A stretch of DNA of 64,000 nt from Octopus bimaculoides (lineage: Eukaryota): the NCBI RefSeq assembly GCF_001194135.2, contig NC_068992.1:38328448-38392447 (forward strand), given 5' to 3'. The translations under genes and the position numbers were made by a program. Under the pieces are notes generated by a model, which searched no databases, was not told the DNA's origin, and saw only the letters and a list, made by a program, of their open reading frames with translations. This document shows positions 24,775 to 38,716 of the stretch, piece by piece; position 1 is the first letter of the stretch; every line of letters starts with the position of its first letter.

Positions 24775-26860
24775 TATACACACACATACGTAAGGATAAG
24801 CATATTGAAAGGAGTCCACGAGAAAACTAATTTAAATTTTAACCATGCAGGCATGGGTTTGATGGTTTGACAGGAGCAGGCAAGGTGGAGAGCTGCACCA
24901 AGTTCCATTGTCTGTTTTGACATAGTTTCCACAGCTGGATGTCCTTCCCCAATGCCAACCACTTAACAGAGTGTACTGGGTGCTTTTCCTGTGGCGCGAG
25001 CACTACAGCTTTTTAAATGGAACCAGCACCAATGCATTTTCTGTGGCACCAGTACCAGTGCATTTCATGTGGTCCCAAAGCTGTACCACTTGAATTACAA
25101 GTACAATCTACCCGGTAGGCTTCAGTACAGTTTCCATCTACCCAATTTCAATCACAAGGTCTGGATTGACTCGAACATAGAAATGACATTTGTCTAAAAT
25201 GCAGCGGGTTTAAACAGGGACCCTCATGATTGTGAAACTTCTTAACCCTTTTGATACCAAACCACTTAAGACACAAACTTCCTGTTTTAACGCTTTCAAT
25301 ACCAATCAAGCTGAAACCACTTCTGGCTCTGTAGTACAAATAAATGTCTTGTTCTCATAAGTTTTGAATTAAAATCTTCCACCAAACCTTAGTCACAATT
25401 TATGTTCCTAACACTAGCTTAATGATAACTTACTAAATTCTTTGTTATATTTAAAATTAATTGAAAGAAACACAGAGCGCCTCAAAAGAAATATGGTAAC
25501 AAAAGGGTTAAAGAGAACTAAATTAAGCCCACCTGTAAAAATTTCCTATTAATTAAAGTTCCAAACTCCAGTTTAATAATGATAAATTCATTTTACTAAC
25601 CTCTTATTACCAAAATTAATTAAAACAAAGCATTTCAACAGGAATTTGGTAACAAAAGGGTTAACCATTTGCCCATATTGTACATGCAGATATTAATTCA
25701 AAAAGGTTTAAATTTCATACATTGTTTATAAGACAACCTATGAATTTAGAACAACTTAAAAACAACTTCTGAGTCATCCAATACACACATCCTTTCCATT
25801 ATAGGCACAAGGCTTGAAATTCCAGGGTGGGGTGGGGGTAGCTGATTACTTTCATCCCCAGTACATGACTGGTACTTATTTCTTCAACTCAGAACATAGA
25901 GATGAACCCCAGTGTGTTAATAATTCTGCCAGCTTGCCACCATATCATCAAATACATATATGAATATATGTATTAAACACTTGCTTTTTACCAAGTAAAC
26001 CTATACAACCCATAAAAGTGACAAAGTCCCATTCCTCAGAGATAATAAAATTACGGTTAAATTTAGAAAACAAATATATTCCTGCCATATTTTGGTAGGA
26101 TCTATTATAAGCCAGAAATATCAACCACAAGCTTAAAATGTTGGACATTTTGCTTCCAGTAACTTGACTGTTCCTATTATTAATCTAATAATCTATTTAT
26201 GTGCTGTGTGAGTGAACTAAATTAATGTGATTTTGGTTGGTCTCAAACATTAGCTGCATCAGCTATTAAATGAATCCTCACCAACTACCAGGTTCCACCA
26301 CCAGCATCATCTATTAACATCCACCTTCCATGCTGGTATGGGTTGGATGATCTGACAGGATCCAACAGATCCACGGACTGCATCCTACTCCAGCTTCCAC
26401 TTTAGCATAGTTTCTAGGGCCGGAAACCCTTCCAAATACCAACTGCTTTACAGAGTGGACCAAGTACTTTTTTCATGAAACACCAGCACTATTCAAGTTA
26501 TCGTGCAGCTTGCAAAATGACAAACCTCTTGACTGAGCAGGGTTACATTAAAGAGGGGAGATGTAATTTTGTGCTAGGAGATGAGAGGCTAAAAGTATGA
26601 GAGAAGAGGAAAGAAACATAACAGGTTTCTTTGCTGTAGAGATGATACAACTTGGTTAATGAAGTCCAATATATTACAATGTTGGTAAAACTAGTACCAA
26701 CATCACATCTGAGGTAGTCTAGCAACATTTCTCCTTTAATTAAAGAATTAGGACTTCTCTTCTTTCTAAAGTGTTGTAAGGGTGAATCAGTAGGGACTGC
26801 TGCTACTACTGTCACTACACATAAGTATTTTAACTTTAATATTTAGAACAAAAAAATATT

Positions 26861-27207
26861 CATTATTTACATTTGACGGATATTTGTCCTGACCTTGTTT
26901 GTTGTTAACACGTTTCGGCTGATATACCCTCCAGCCTTCATCAGGTGTCTTGGAGAAATTTCGAACCAGGGTTCTCATTCCTAAGGTATTTTTCGATGTT
27001 GTTGTTGTTGTTATTATTATTATTATTATTATTATTCAGGTCACTGCCTGGAAGCGAACTCAGAATCTTGGGGTTAGTAGCCCACGCTCTTAACCATTAT
27101 GCCATATGCCGAAATGTGTTAACAACAAACAAGATGAAGACAAATATCTGTCAAATGTAGATAATGTAAACAATGTACATAATTCCTCATCTCTTAAATA
27201 TTGAACT
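26861..27207 (-). mobile_element. tRNA-Arg-like SINE head + microsatellite + Penelope-type hammerhead tail, with inverted partial duplicate
   Basis: Minus strand 27110-27040 reads GGCATATGGCATAATGGTTAAGAGCGTGGGCTACTAACCCCAAGATTCTGAGTTCGCTTCCAGGC (A/B boxes). A hammerhead-like core follows at 26907-26949, and the plus-strand arm starts at 27108. Confidence 0.75.
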
Positions 27208-27229
27208 ATATTAAAAAAATATTCTTTAC

Positions 27230-27321
27230 CTTGGCCTAACAAAGCTAATGAAGTAAGTTGCTGTGATGTTTCAGCTTTGAGAATTGGATCAGGTAGCACC
27301 AACAACTGGGGGAGGTCTTCC
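27230..27321 (-). CDS. spri: RIN/Sprint exon, end of SH2 and conserved post-SH2 helix
   Basis: tttcaag acceptor and gtaaag donor, 92 nt, phase 2/1. Encodes (L)EDLPQLLVLPDPILKAETSQQLTSLALLGQ, corresponding to RIN2-type RDVLPFTLKLPYAI...LAQMG. Confidence 0.9.
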
Positions 27322-27776
27322 CTTGAAACACAAAAAGAAAAAAAAAAAATCACAATACAATTATTAATGAGTGAATATATATAGATTGTTTCAAATTTTT
27401 GCACAAGGCCAGTAATTTTAGGGGGAAGGACAGGGGAAAGACAGTTGATTACATTGACCCCAATGCTTAACTGGTTCTTACCAATCCCAAAAGGCTGCCT
27501 GGCATGCTAACGATTCTGCCAGCTTGCTGCCTTATAATAATTATTTCAAATTTTGGCACAAGGCTAGCAATTATTTTGGGGTTGGGGGCGGGGTGATTAC
27601 ATCGACCCCAATGTTTATTTAACTGGTACTTATTTTATCAACTCTAAAAGGGTGAGAAGTGAAGCTAACATGGGCAGAATTTGAACTATGACCATAAAGA
27701 CAGACAAAATACTGCTATCCATTTTGCCTGGCTTACGATTCTGCCAGCTCAATGCCTTATAATAATTACAATAACA

Positions 27777-27995
27777 TTAACCCTTTCGTTACTGTATTTA
27801 TTTTGAGATGCTCTGTGTTTCTTTCAATATAACAAAGAATTTAGTAAAATAACTTAGTTATCATTAAGCTAGCGTTAGGAACATAAATTGTGACTAAGGT
27901 TTGGTGAAAGATTTTAATTCAAAACTTATGAAAACAAGACATTTGTACTACAGAGCCAGAGCTGGTTTCAGCCGAGTTGGTATCGAAAGGGTTAA
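27777..27995. mobile_element. piggyBac-like MITE, family 1
   Basis: TTAA|CCCTTT...AAAGGG|TTAA termini. Other copies at 21240-21408, 21553-21782, 25242-25511, 30622-30855 and 45334-45526. Confidence 0.85.
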
Positions 27996-29254
27996 TGAGC
28001 TTACTGCATATTGTGCTCAGATGCACCACAACATATTAGAGGACATTAAAAGAGGAAAACAAATATATGACAGACAATGATGAAACCTGGAAATACATGG
28101 ATCTTTTATCTTTTGTTCATTTTAGCCATTGGAATGCAGCCATGCTGGAGCACCACCTTGAAGGGTTTGTAGTCAAACAAATCGACCCGAGGTTTCATCA
28201 TCATCATTGTCGTTTAACATCCTCTTTCCATTTTGGCATGGGTTGGCTTGTTTGACTGGGGACTGGCAAGCCAGGAGGCCGCACCAGGTTCCAATTTGAT
28301 CTGGCAACGTTTCTACTGCTGGATGCCCTTCCTAACGCCAACCACTCCGAGAGTGTAGTGGGTGCTTTTTATGTGCCACTGGCACGAGGGCCGGTCATGC
28401 AGTACTGGCATTGACCACGCTCGAATGGTACTTTTTATGTGCTACCGGCACAGGACCAGTCAGCCAAAGCCTAATACTTAGCCGAACCGCTAAGTTATGA
28501 GGATGTAAAAACACCAACACCAGTTGTCAAGTGGTGGTGAAGGACAAACACAGACACTAAGTCACACACACACAAACACATGACAAGCTTCTTTCAGTTT
28601 CCATGTACCAAATCTATTCCCAAGACTTTGGTCAGCCTAAGGCCATAGTAGATGACACTTGCCCATGGTGTCACACAGTGGGACTGAACCTGAAACCATG
28701 TGATTGGGAAGCAAGCTTCTTACCACACAGCCACTCCTGAGCCTATATGTAGTGTACATAAAATGATAAATTTTAGGAATCATGGAATTTTTTATGGATG
28801 TAGTGGCCTGGCAGTCAACAACTTATGTAGGTGCTTTTTTTCCCATGCTTTGGCAATTTCAAGTTTGAAAAATGTTTCTGAAAGTTATGGGCATTGTGCT
28901 GTTTCATGATGTTATATTTGTGTCCACGAGTGGTAGTGATCGTGAATTCAAAAAGTTGGCCAAAGTTGTTATTGGAAAGATGAACGGAAAATCTTGTGGT
29001 TTTCTTACCAAGTCAGCTGCCAGTGTTTCAACGCCCAGAGAAGCAATAATTTTAATTATGATTAAAAAACAGATGTTGTAAAAAGTAACTTTCCCATTTA
29101 ATTAAATACATTTCAATAAACTGAACATGTGGTAACATGGAGCAAGTATAAAAGTTACATAGAAGAGCATTCTTCCACCTAGGACTTCGTTTTAGCATTC
29201 TCTTTCACATAAACTTTATTTGCATCTACATTGTTTAAACATGTAAATACTTAC

Positions 29255-29439
29255 AAGTTTTTACAGTAATTATAGATAAGTTCAGGCACATTGTTAAACG
29301 TTTTGTCCGAGCCTTGCAGATGTGGAGAGTCACTGTAATTCTCTATCAAGTAATGTTCTACAACAGGTCCATCTGACTGCGACAAGTGAACAGACAGAGC
29401 CATTGAGCTTTTTTGAGTTGATTGCCGTACAATAAACAT
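29255..29439 (-). CDS. spri: RIN/Sprint exon, SH2 domain core
   Basis: tttacag acceptor and gtaagt donor, 185 nt, phase 0/2. Encodes MFIVRQSTQKSSMALSVHL...VEHYLIE...LQGSDKTFNNVPELIYNYCKN, a typical SH2 core (FxVRxS, HYxI, F..v.eLi.yY). Confidence 0.93.
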
Positions 29440-31160
29440 CTGTAAATATAATACATAGTGAAAATTAATTAGTGAAATTGCAAAAACAAATAATAAAATA
29501 AAGTGTGTCCATAAATTACCTTTACAATTTGAAGTGTACAAGTGTGGAATTTATAAAGATAATTTATGGACTATTTTACCTTCTAATGGTTATCTCCCTT
29601 GACAAGTGACACATCTCTTAAAAAAACTTTTCTCGTATTTCAGTGGCCACTGGGATGGATGATTAAGAAAGGAGCACAAAAGGGATAAGTAGTAATTTAT
29701 GCTAAGATTATTTGTCTTCCATTTAATGATATAAATAGCTAAGGACCACATTGGTAGTAGACTGAGGCAGATGGTAAGTCTTTATCGTCACTAATGTTTT
29801 AATGTCCACTTTTCCATGCTTGCATAGATCAGCTGGAATACGTTGTAGCAGATTTTCTACAGCAGGATGCCATTTTGCTGCCAATCCTCATCCGTTTCTA
29901 CAAAAGGCTGGAAATGAACACCATCACGTCTACACTGGTGACACTCATTTACAACAATCACACAATGTCAAGACCACACACACACACAAATATATGTATA
30001 AAATGGGCTTCTTTCAGTTTCCATCTACTAAATGTACTCACAAGGCTTTGGTTGGCCTGAGGCTAGAGCAGAAGACATCTGCCCAAAGAGTCACACAGTA
30101 GAACTGAACTCAAAATCATGTGGTTAGGAAGTAAACTTCTTTACCACACAGCCACACCAAGAATGGTATGAAAATATAATTAATATTTGTTTAACTAGTA
30201 TTTTGCCTTCTGTTATGTTCTGAGTTCAAATTCCGCCGAGGTCGACTGTGCCTTTCATCCTTTTGGGGTCGATTAAATAAGTACCAGTTACGCACTGGGT
30301 CGATGTAATCGACTTAATCCCTTTGTCTGTCCTTGTTTGTCCCCTCTATGTTTAGCCCCCTGTGGGCAATAAAGAAAGTAATATTTGTTTAACTTAACTA
30401 TTTAAACTATTCAAACCACCCATATCCACCCCAAATACTCTACCTGTTTTATGTTCAAAATAGTCAGATCCAGCCTCTCACACCTACCCTACAATGTCAT
30501 TCTAAAAATAAACAAACACATCATCGAAATCTCAAAACTGTGAGATAATCCATGATTAATTCAAAACAATGTGAATAAGTAAGCATTACATTTGTCAGAG
30601 AAATCTGAATGCTATATAGGGTTAACCCTTTCATTACTGTATTTATTTTGAGATGCTCTGTGTTTCTTTCAATTAATTTTAAATATAACAAAGAATTTAG
30701 TAAAATCACTTAGTTATTATTACTCAGCTAGTAATTAGGAACATAAATTGTGACTAAGGTTTGGTGGAAGATTTTAATTCAAAACTTATGAAAACAAGAC
30801 ATTTGTACTAGAGAGCCAGAGCCGGTTTCAGCCGGGTTGGTAATGAAAGGGTTAAGGCGACAAGCTGGCAGAATTGTCAGTTTGCTGGGCAAAATGCTAA
30901 GTGATAATCTGTGTCTTTATGCTCTGAGTTCAAATTTTGCCAAGATCAACTTTGAAAAATACCAGTTGAATACTGGATCGATGTAATTAACTTACCCATC
31001 CCCTCGAAATTGCTAGCCTTGTGCCAAAATTTGAAATAATAATTATTGTTGTTACTATTATCATTATTATTATTAATTCTGGTGCCAATAAATGGCGCTA
31101 AGTATTTCGCCTGGCATGCTAACAATTCTGCCAGTTTACCACTTTACCAATAATAATAAT

Positions 31161-31790
31161 CTGTGGACAAAATGGTGAAACCATATGGCATATTACCAGC
31201 CAATGTACACCACTTGAAACTGTATGACATTACCAGCCAATGTACACCACTTGAAATTGTATGACATATTACCAGCCAACGTACGTCACTGGCCCAGAAG
31301 GAATATAAGAGATGCCATGACAATATAGCAAGGCTTATGCACTTGACAGAGCACAAAATTGGTATGACTACAAACCCAAGGGCATCATCGAAAATGATAA
31401 TGCAAAGATGCTATGGGATTTTATGATTCAGTGCAGCCATGAGATAGAGAATAGGGAGCCAGAGAAAGAAAGTAATTGAGAAAGAAAGTAAACGATGCTG
31501 GATCAGAGGTTAAGCAGTTGTGGTCGATGAAAAAGGTGGTAGTAGTACCAATAATTGTCGGATTCCTGGGAACAGTGAATAAAAATCTTGAGAAGTACAT
31601 GGAACAAATTGGGGCTGCAATAAGGGTGGAGCACTTGCAGAAAACAGCATTGCTTGGAACCGCTCGAATATTCCGGAAGGTGCTCGAAAAATAAGAGGTG
31701 TTACCTTAGTTTGCTAGTTGTGAACAGCTGACACTGTAGTACATCTCCAGCATTAGAAGCTGTGCAAAGGCAATAATAATAAATAATAAT
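31161..31790 (+). mobile_element. 5'-truncated R4/Dong-clade LINE (CCHC + RLE endonuclease) in (AAT)n
   Basis: CGQNGETIWHITSQCTPL..AQKEYKRCHD; LWDFMIQ; VVPIIVGFLG; LQKTALLGTARIFRKVL. Flanked on both sides by (taa)n. Confidence 0.85.
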
Positions 31791-32570
31791 AATGGTTTCA
31801 AATTTTGCCACAAGGGCAGCCATTTGGGGGATACTTAATTTATCACTGGTACTTAATTTATTGACCCCGAAAGGATGAAAGGCAAAGTTGACCTCGGCGG
31901 AATTTGAACTCAGAAGGTAGCAACAGGTGAAATACCGTTAAGCATTTCACCCAGCATGCTAACGTTTCTGCCAGTTGACCACTTTTAATAATAATAATAA
32001 TTTTCTACTTTAGGTACAAAGCCTGAAATTTTAGGAGAGGGGGTAGTCGATTACTTCAACACCAGTGTTTCACCAGTACTTAATTTATCGACCCCAAAAG
32101 GATAAAAGCAAAATCAACCGTGATGGAATTTGAACTCAGGACGTATTGACAGGCAAAATACCGCTAAGCATTTCGTCCAGTGTGCTAACGATTCTGCCAA
32201 TATTGGTTTCAAATTGTGGCACAAGGCAGATGGGGGGGGGGGGGCCCTAGTTGATTACATTGACCCCAGTCCTCAACTGGTACCTATTTCATTGACCCCC
32301 AAAAGGATGACAGGCAAAGTTGACCTCAGTGGAATTTGAAACCAGAACATAAAGAGTTAAAAGAAATACTTTTTTACTCTAGGAACAAAGCCTGGAAATT
32401 TGGAGAAGGGGGCCAGTTGATTAGATTGACCCTAGTATGCAACTGGTATTTAATTTATCATGAAAGGCAAAGTCGACCTCAGCAGAATTTGAACTCAGAA
32501 TGTAGCAACAGACAAAATACTGCTAAGCATTTTGCCCAATATGCTAACGTTTCTGCTAGCTTGGCACCTT
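31790..32570 (-). mobile_element. Tandem cluster of Nin/Deu-like SINEs
   Basis: About 4 co-oriented copies. Similar clusters at ~486-863, 17100-17640, 27385-27760 and 35490-35900; plus-strand copies at ~30205-30375 and 30856-31050. Confidence 0.78.
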
Positions 32571-32864
32571 GAGTTTACTGCTAAGCATTTTCTCCACTCT
32601 GCAAATGATTTTTCTGTCAGCTTGCTGCCTTTGAGTAAATATTTTCTTGAGTCCAAGGATTCATGGGGTCAGTTACTCTGGTTTCCAAGGTTAAGATCAA
32701 AACATTCCCCCTGAAAGGGACACTTTCTATTGCAGGGTCGCTCAATCCAGGAATAGAAACCACAATCTTGGGACTGGGAGCGCAACACCCTAACCACAAG
32801 GCCATGTGTTTTCACAAAGAAGTAATAATAAGAGGAGGAGGAGAAGGATAAAGTAAAGTCTTAC

Positions 32865-33002
32865 CCCAGGAATTCCATCCTTGAGAAGATGAACAGCACC
32901 AATACGACCAATATCTGGCAGGCACCAGATAGAACGGCTTTTCTCAAGGCGCTCCCAGAAGCTGATTGGTCGAGTCTCCTGCTCTATAGAAATTGGTGTT
33001 AT
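32865..33002 (-). CDS. spri: RIN/Sprint-family gene, first identified coding exon (start of SH2 domain)
   Basis: ttttacag acceptor and gtaaga donor, 138 nt, phase 0/0. Encodes ITPISIEQETRPISFWERLEKSRSIWCLPDIGRIGAVHLLKDGIPG, matching the RIN-type SH2 start (L.RL..THPIWL......AE.L....PG). Confidence 0.9.
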
Positions 33003-36000
33003 CTGTAAAAACAATAACAAAGATGTTAAGAAGATCACAAGAAGTTTGTAGAGGTGAAATGACTGACAAAATTCTTTTAAATGATTGGAACAGAATTTCA
33101 GGAACAAGCTTAAAGTGTAGATACACCTGCTCTGGACCAAGCCTTTAACTGGAAACTAACGAAACAACATATTAATTAGCAGTGTTCTCATTGGTTATAG
33201 TGGTATTATGTCTGTATCTATAGTACCTCTTTACAGCTAGGTAGTCTGAGCCAACAAGAGAGAAGTCTGGTGGCCATAGATAAGACTGGAGCAAAATCAT
33301 GTCTTTGATAATCTGACCAATTCCTGACAGATTTGGTCAACCGTGGCCGAACACTGAATGGATAATAATAAGAATATGAATAAAGTCTGCAAGTTTGTTA
33401 TATCCACTGTGTTTCATGTCTTTGAGTCGGATAATTATTCTACTGGTTGCAGTTTATTTAGCCATCAGCAAGATGCAAGAATAAAAGCACACCCAGTGTG
33501 GAAGTGGTCTCTCAAATTTTTTCAAATAAACTGTCCAGTCAGATCTTGAATCTTTGATTGAGATAGGTAAGAAAAAGTTTTGTTTAGATAATTAAATTGA
33601 TTGTAAATGAAGGAAACTCTTTTGCTGAACTGCTAAGTTACTAAGACGTAAACAAACCAACACTGGTTGTCAAATGGTGGTGGAGAAACACAAAGACAAA
33701 TACAAATATGTATATGATGAGCTTCCTTCAGTTTCCACTCACAAGGATTTGGTTGGCCCAGGGCTATTGTAGAAGACACTTGCCTAAGGTGCCAGGCAGT
33801 GGGACTGAACCCAGAATGATGTGATTGGGAAGCAAGCTTCTTACCACACAGCTATGTCTGTTATATTTAAGAATATGGAGATGGAATAGATGGCAGAGAC
33901 AAAAAAATAAATAAAGTGAACACCAAATAGACAACAGTGTGAAGGAGCAGCAAGGAATATTTAAAGGAATNNNNNNNNNNGGGGATTGGGAAGCGGTGGA
34001 GATAGTAACATATACAAACAAAACAGAAATTGGTGACAAACAGTTACAAAATAGCTTAGGACATAATTTAAGGGTGTGTTTCATTTGAAAACTGGTTACA
34101 TCCAATGTAGTTGGAGTCTATTCAACTAGGAAAGAAAAACACCTCATCCTGTTAGTCTTCCTTTTTCTTTTCTTTTTTTCCCCCTTTTTTTGCATGTGAA
34201 AAGCATTTGTTTCATCACTGATGAAACAATATCATAATAATAACAAAATCAGCAATTAGGCACAAAATCAGCAATTTTGAGAGGAAGGGGTAAATGGTTT
34301 ACACTGACCTTAGTACTATATAGGTACTTATTTGATTGACCCCAAAAGCATGAATGGCAAAGCCAACCTCAGTGGAATCTGAACTCAAAAGTCAATGAGT
34401 GTGCAGAAATACTACAAAGCAATTTTTTTGACGTTCTAACAATTTTGACAGCTGACCACCTTAATACTAGCTTGTGACTCAAATGGACCGTTTCCCTTTT
34501 TTTTATATAAAGCCACATCAATCATCACCACCATCATCTTATGACAGCTTTCTATGTCACTCTTTGTTATCCCCTTTATGAAGAGTAATAATTTGAGTTT
34601 GTCCTTCACCTTTTCTTTCCGATGTCTTCTTCGAACATCTTCCTCAGAACGTAAAGACAGACAAAGACATGTTATATATTAAGTTATTGTTTGGGTTTGC
34701 GGCTGTTCTGTGGGCACTTCATGAATTATTATCTGTTTGGCAGAGCTTGATTAGGTTTCTGACTTGCCTGTTTCTGTCAAGCTGTCCAACCCATGCCAGC
34801 ATAGAAAATGCACATTTCATGATAATATTATAGTACAACAGTGATTTTTCACACCCTTGGTCAGCTTAGATTGTAAAGTTGATGACCTGTGTTTCAAGTG
34901 CCAAACATTGCGACTGAACCTGAAACGCCAAGGATGCAAAGACACTAAGCCTGGACCCAGGGTAATTTGGGCTTAAATGTTTTATTAGGTAAGAAGAAAA
35001 CACTCCTAAACTGGGTAGCATCTGTTTCAGTAAGTGGACTCCACCCCCACCTTGTGTGAGACCATTCAATGTTAATCAACACCTGAAAATTCTTTGAGAG
35101 AGAGAGTGTATGTGTGTGTGTGTGTGAGAACAAGAGGCAGAGAGATTTAGATTAAGATTTTTAAGTATATAAACATAAAAGTAGAAGATTAAAAAAAATT
35201 AATGAGCACCTGCTACATTTTTTTAAAGCTTCATGTCTCTAAATGGGGGGGGGGGGGAACAGTCCCACAGTTCATCAGGGTGTGTTGGGGTGGGGAGAAG
35301 AATGTTGTTGTGTTAAAAGGAATATTCCTTAAAGTTACACAACAGTCTCAGAAACTGCCACAGATATCTGCAAATATGTCAGACTACAAGAAGTAGTTCT
35401 TCTACACAGAAATAGATTTCGTTTTTTCTCTTTTTGTTTGTTTGTTTGTTTTTTTAACATCACAAGCTACAGAAGTTATTTGTAAAATAAGGTATAAAGT
35501 GAAAAATTTCAGGGGAAGGGGTTAATCAATTGAATCAACCCGCAGTACTTGATTGGTACTTTATGGACACTGGAAGGATAAAAAACAAAATCGACCTTGG
35601 TGGGATTTGAACTCAAAAACATAAGAAGCCATAGCAAATATGGTGAGTCAATTTCTTTTCTGATATTCTACCAGCGCAAAACCATTCATGATTGTTTCTA
35701 ATTGAAACCCAAAGCCTACAAGTTTGAAGAGAGGGGTTAGGTGATGCCATTAGCCCCTAGTATTTGACTGGTACTTTATTGACCTTGGAGGACAAAAAGA
35801 CGAAACGAACCTCAGTGGGATCTGAACTCAGAAGATAAAGAAGCAGAAAAAAAATGCTATAAAACTGTTTTTCCAAGGCTCTAAAAATTCTACCAATTCA
35901 CTACTCCATCTCAAACTATAATAAATGTTAACATTAATATAATGATGATTCCACTCCCCACCTCTCACCCTCATCCCACCCAAACAGATGGAATTTTCGC

Positions 36001-37061
36001 TTCCATTCCATTCAGTCTAATATAAAGGCTTGGAATTTCTAAAAGTTCTTTTTATCATTCAACATAATTATTAATTTTTTTCTTCTTTCAGTACCCCTGT
36101 GTGTATGAGTGTGTGTGCGCACGCGTGCGTGCATGCAAAGGTAGTCACAAATGGGATAAATTTAACAAAATTGCAAAAAACAAACAAACAAAGAGGAATT
36201 GTTTATTTCTTGTGTGATGTGAACTTATTTATGTTGATGGCAACGAGATATCAAATGAAACAGAAGGCAGGATATAACAACACCACCACCAATGCCAACA
36301 TCCTGCACAGCAACATGTTCCGGCGCCAAGACAAGCTGCTGTTTGACAGAAGTGGATCAAAAGTTAACCAAATTCTTCTATGCTTACAGACTGATAAATT
36401 GTTTGTACGAGAGAGGTGTGAAGGAATGTCAGGAACATGTCTGAAGTTTCCTCCTATGGAAAACAGAGCTGTATAGTGTCAGGAATGTCAAAGTACGAAT
36501 ATTTCTGAAGAATGTCATAAATGCACTGAGATCATGTAAATTCAACCGATTCTTACATTCGAAACATGTTTTAACGAAAATTTTCCGAAGTGTTTTTTTT
36601 TTTTTCTTTTCTTTTCTGCTTGCATGGGTCAAGACAGAGATTTGTTTGAGGCACGATTTGGTGGCCAGATGCTCTTCCTCTTACCAAACTTTGCCTGATT
36701 TTTTAACCAAAGCATATTTGTATTCCAAAGGTCATCAAAGGCACAGAGCAACTGGTCATAATGTCAACCTCAGCAACATTTCACTCAATTGGCAACAAAT
36801 GTGAAAATATATAAATACTGACCCACATTCATGCACACATCCATGTAAACGTGTGTGTATGTGTGTGCCTATTACTTGTTTCTGTCATTAGACTGTGGCC
36901 ATGCTGGAGCAGTGTCTTGAAAAATGTTTAATCTAATGAATTGACAGCAGTCCTTTTTTAAAGCCTGGTACTTATTCTATCAGTCTCCTTTGTTGAACTG
37001 CTAGGTTACAGGGAGATAAACACACCAACACAGGTTGTCAAATGGTGATGAGGGACAAACA

Positions 37062-37122
<61 letters not shown>

Positions 37123-38716
37123 AACAGTGATTTCTTTCAGTTTCTGTCTACGAAATCCACTCACAAGGGTGTGGTTGACCTGATGTTATAATAGAAGACA
37201 CTTGCCCAAGGTACCACACAGTATGCCCCAGCAGGGCCTGTCTAGGGACTGAAACAAATAAAAGACAAAAGAAATACATACACATACACACTTCCTATAA
37301 TTTCTGTCTACCTCACAGAATTGGTTGGCATTGAGCTACCCATGGTGCAGCAAATGAGACCAAACCCCAAACCACATGCTTGCTAAACAAACATAATGGC
37401 CACACAGTCATGTTTTGTAACTGATTCATACATATAGGTGAAAAAAGATTAGAGGTCTATACAAATCAAATTTTTATATATAATAGATGGAGGTGGAAAT
37501 AGCACAGAAGTAAGTCTAAGATATTTCAATTTAAGAACATGTCTTGACCTCCCAGACAGAAGATAAACTGTTTTTACTTGAAATTTTAATAAATTTTTAC
37601 TGATATTTGATAAGATGAGATACACCGAAACTGGTAATATTTTCTTTATATAATTTTTGAAGTCATTTTTATTAAATTCCCTCTTAAATTCAAATGTCTT
37701 AGATTTACTTCTGTGCTATTTCCACCCCCGACTTTTATTATATATATATATATCAACTTGATTCCTAAATAAATAAAATCATTATAGATTGAGTCATTTT
37801 GTGGGTGCAGCCAACAGCTGTGGTCTTTCATTAATTAATTCCTGCATTAAGAAAATTTATTTCCATTTTTAATTGAAAGACAAAGGTCTTTGTTTTGGAA
37901 TTCATTTAACAATTTTTGTCTTCTTCAGGAGACCCGTCTAGCCAAGTGAAATCATAGTTGTGGCCGATGCTGGTGTCATGTAACTGGCTCCCATGCTGGT
38001 GGCACATAAAAAGCACCTTTCAAGCATCAGGTCTCATAGAGGCAAGGTGGCCAATGCTGGTGGCATGTGAAAAGCATCTTTTGAGTGTTGGGCATTACGG
38101 AGACAATGACGAATGACCAAAGCCTTTGACATTATGCCGTGCTTGAGAAGATATTCCATCAAGCCAAGTAAAATTGCAGACATGGCACATACTGGTGTCA
38201 CACAAATGGCACGGAAAAGCACCCATTACACTCTTGGAGTGGTTGTCGTTAGGAAGAGTATCTAGCTGTAGATACCATGCCAAATCAGACTGGAGTCTGG
38301 TGCAGCCTTCCAGCTTGCCAGCCCTGGTCAAACTGTCCAACCCATGCCAGCATGGACAATGATGATAATGGTGGTGGTGGTTGCAGTCCAAACTTCTTAT
38401 CTATCCAACCATTCTTGTGATAAGACCATTTGTTAGAGGGAACATATATACTTGTCCTAAGTATTTTAGGTTAATTATTTTAATTAGGGATAGTTAGGAT
38501 AGAAGGGATATGTAAGTTTTAAATTAACTGTTTTAATTGAGGCTTGTTAAGATAGAGGAAGTATATATATATATATNNNNNNNNNNNNNNNNNNNNNNNN
38601 NNNNNNNNNNNNNNNNNNNNNNNNNNNNNNNNNNNNNNNNNNATATATAGTTATTTGGAAATGGATGCGCGGCATTCAAATAAATAATATACACACACCT
38701 ATATATATGCATATAT

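Noticed and set aside
26543-26815. 90-aa minus-strand ORF as a possible RIN exon
   Set aside because: No similarity to RIN, and the neighbouring exons 27230-27321 and 22204-24348 already join in phase with a contiguous LGQAFWTS motif.
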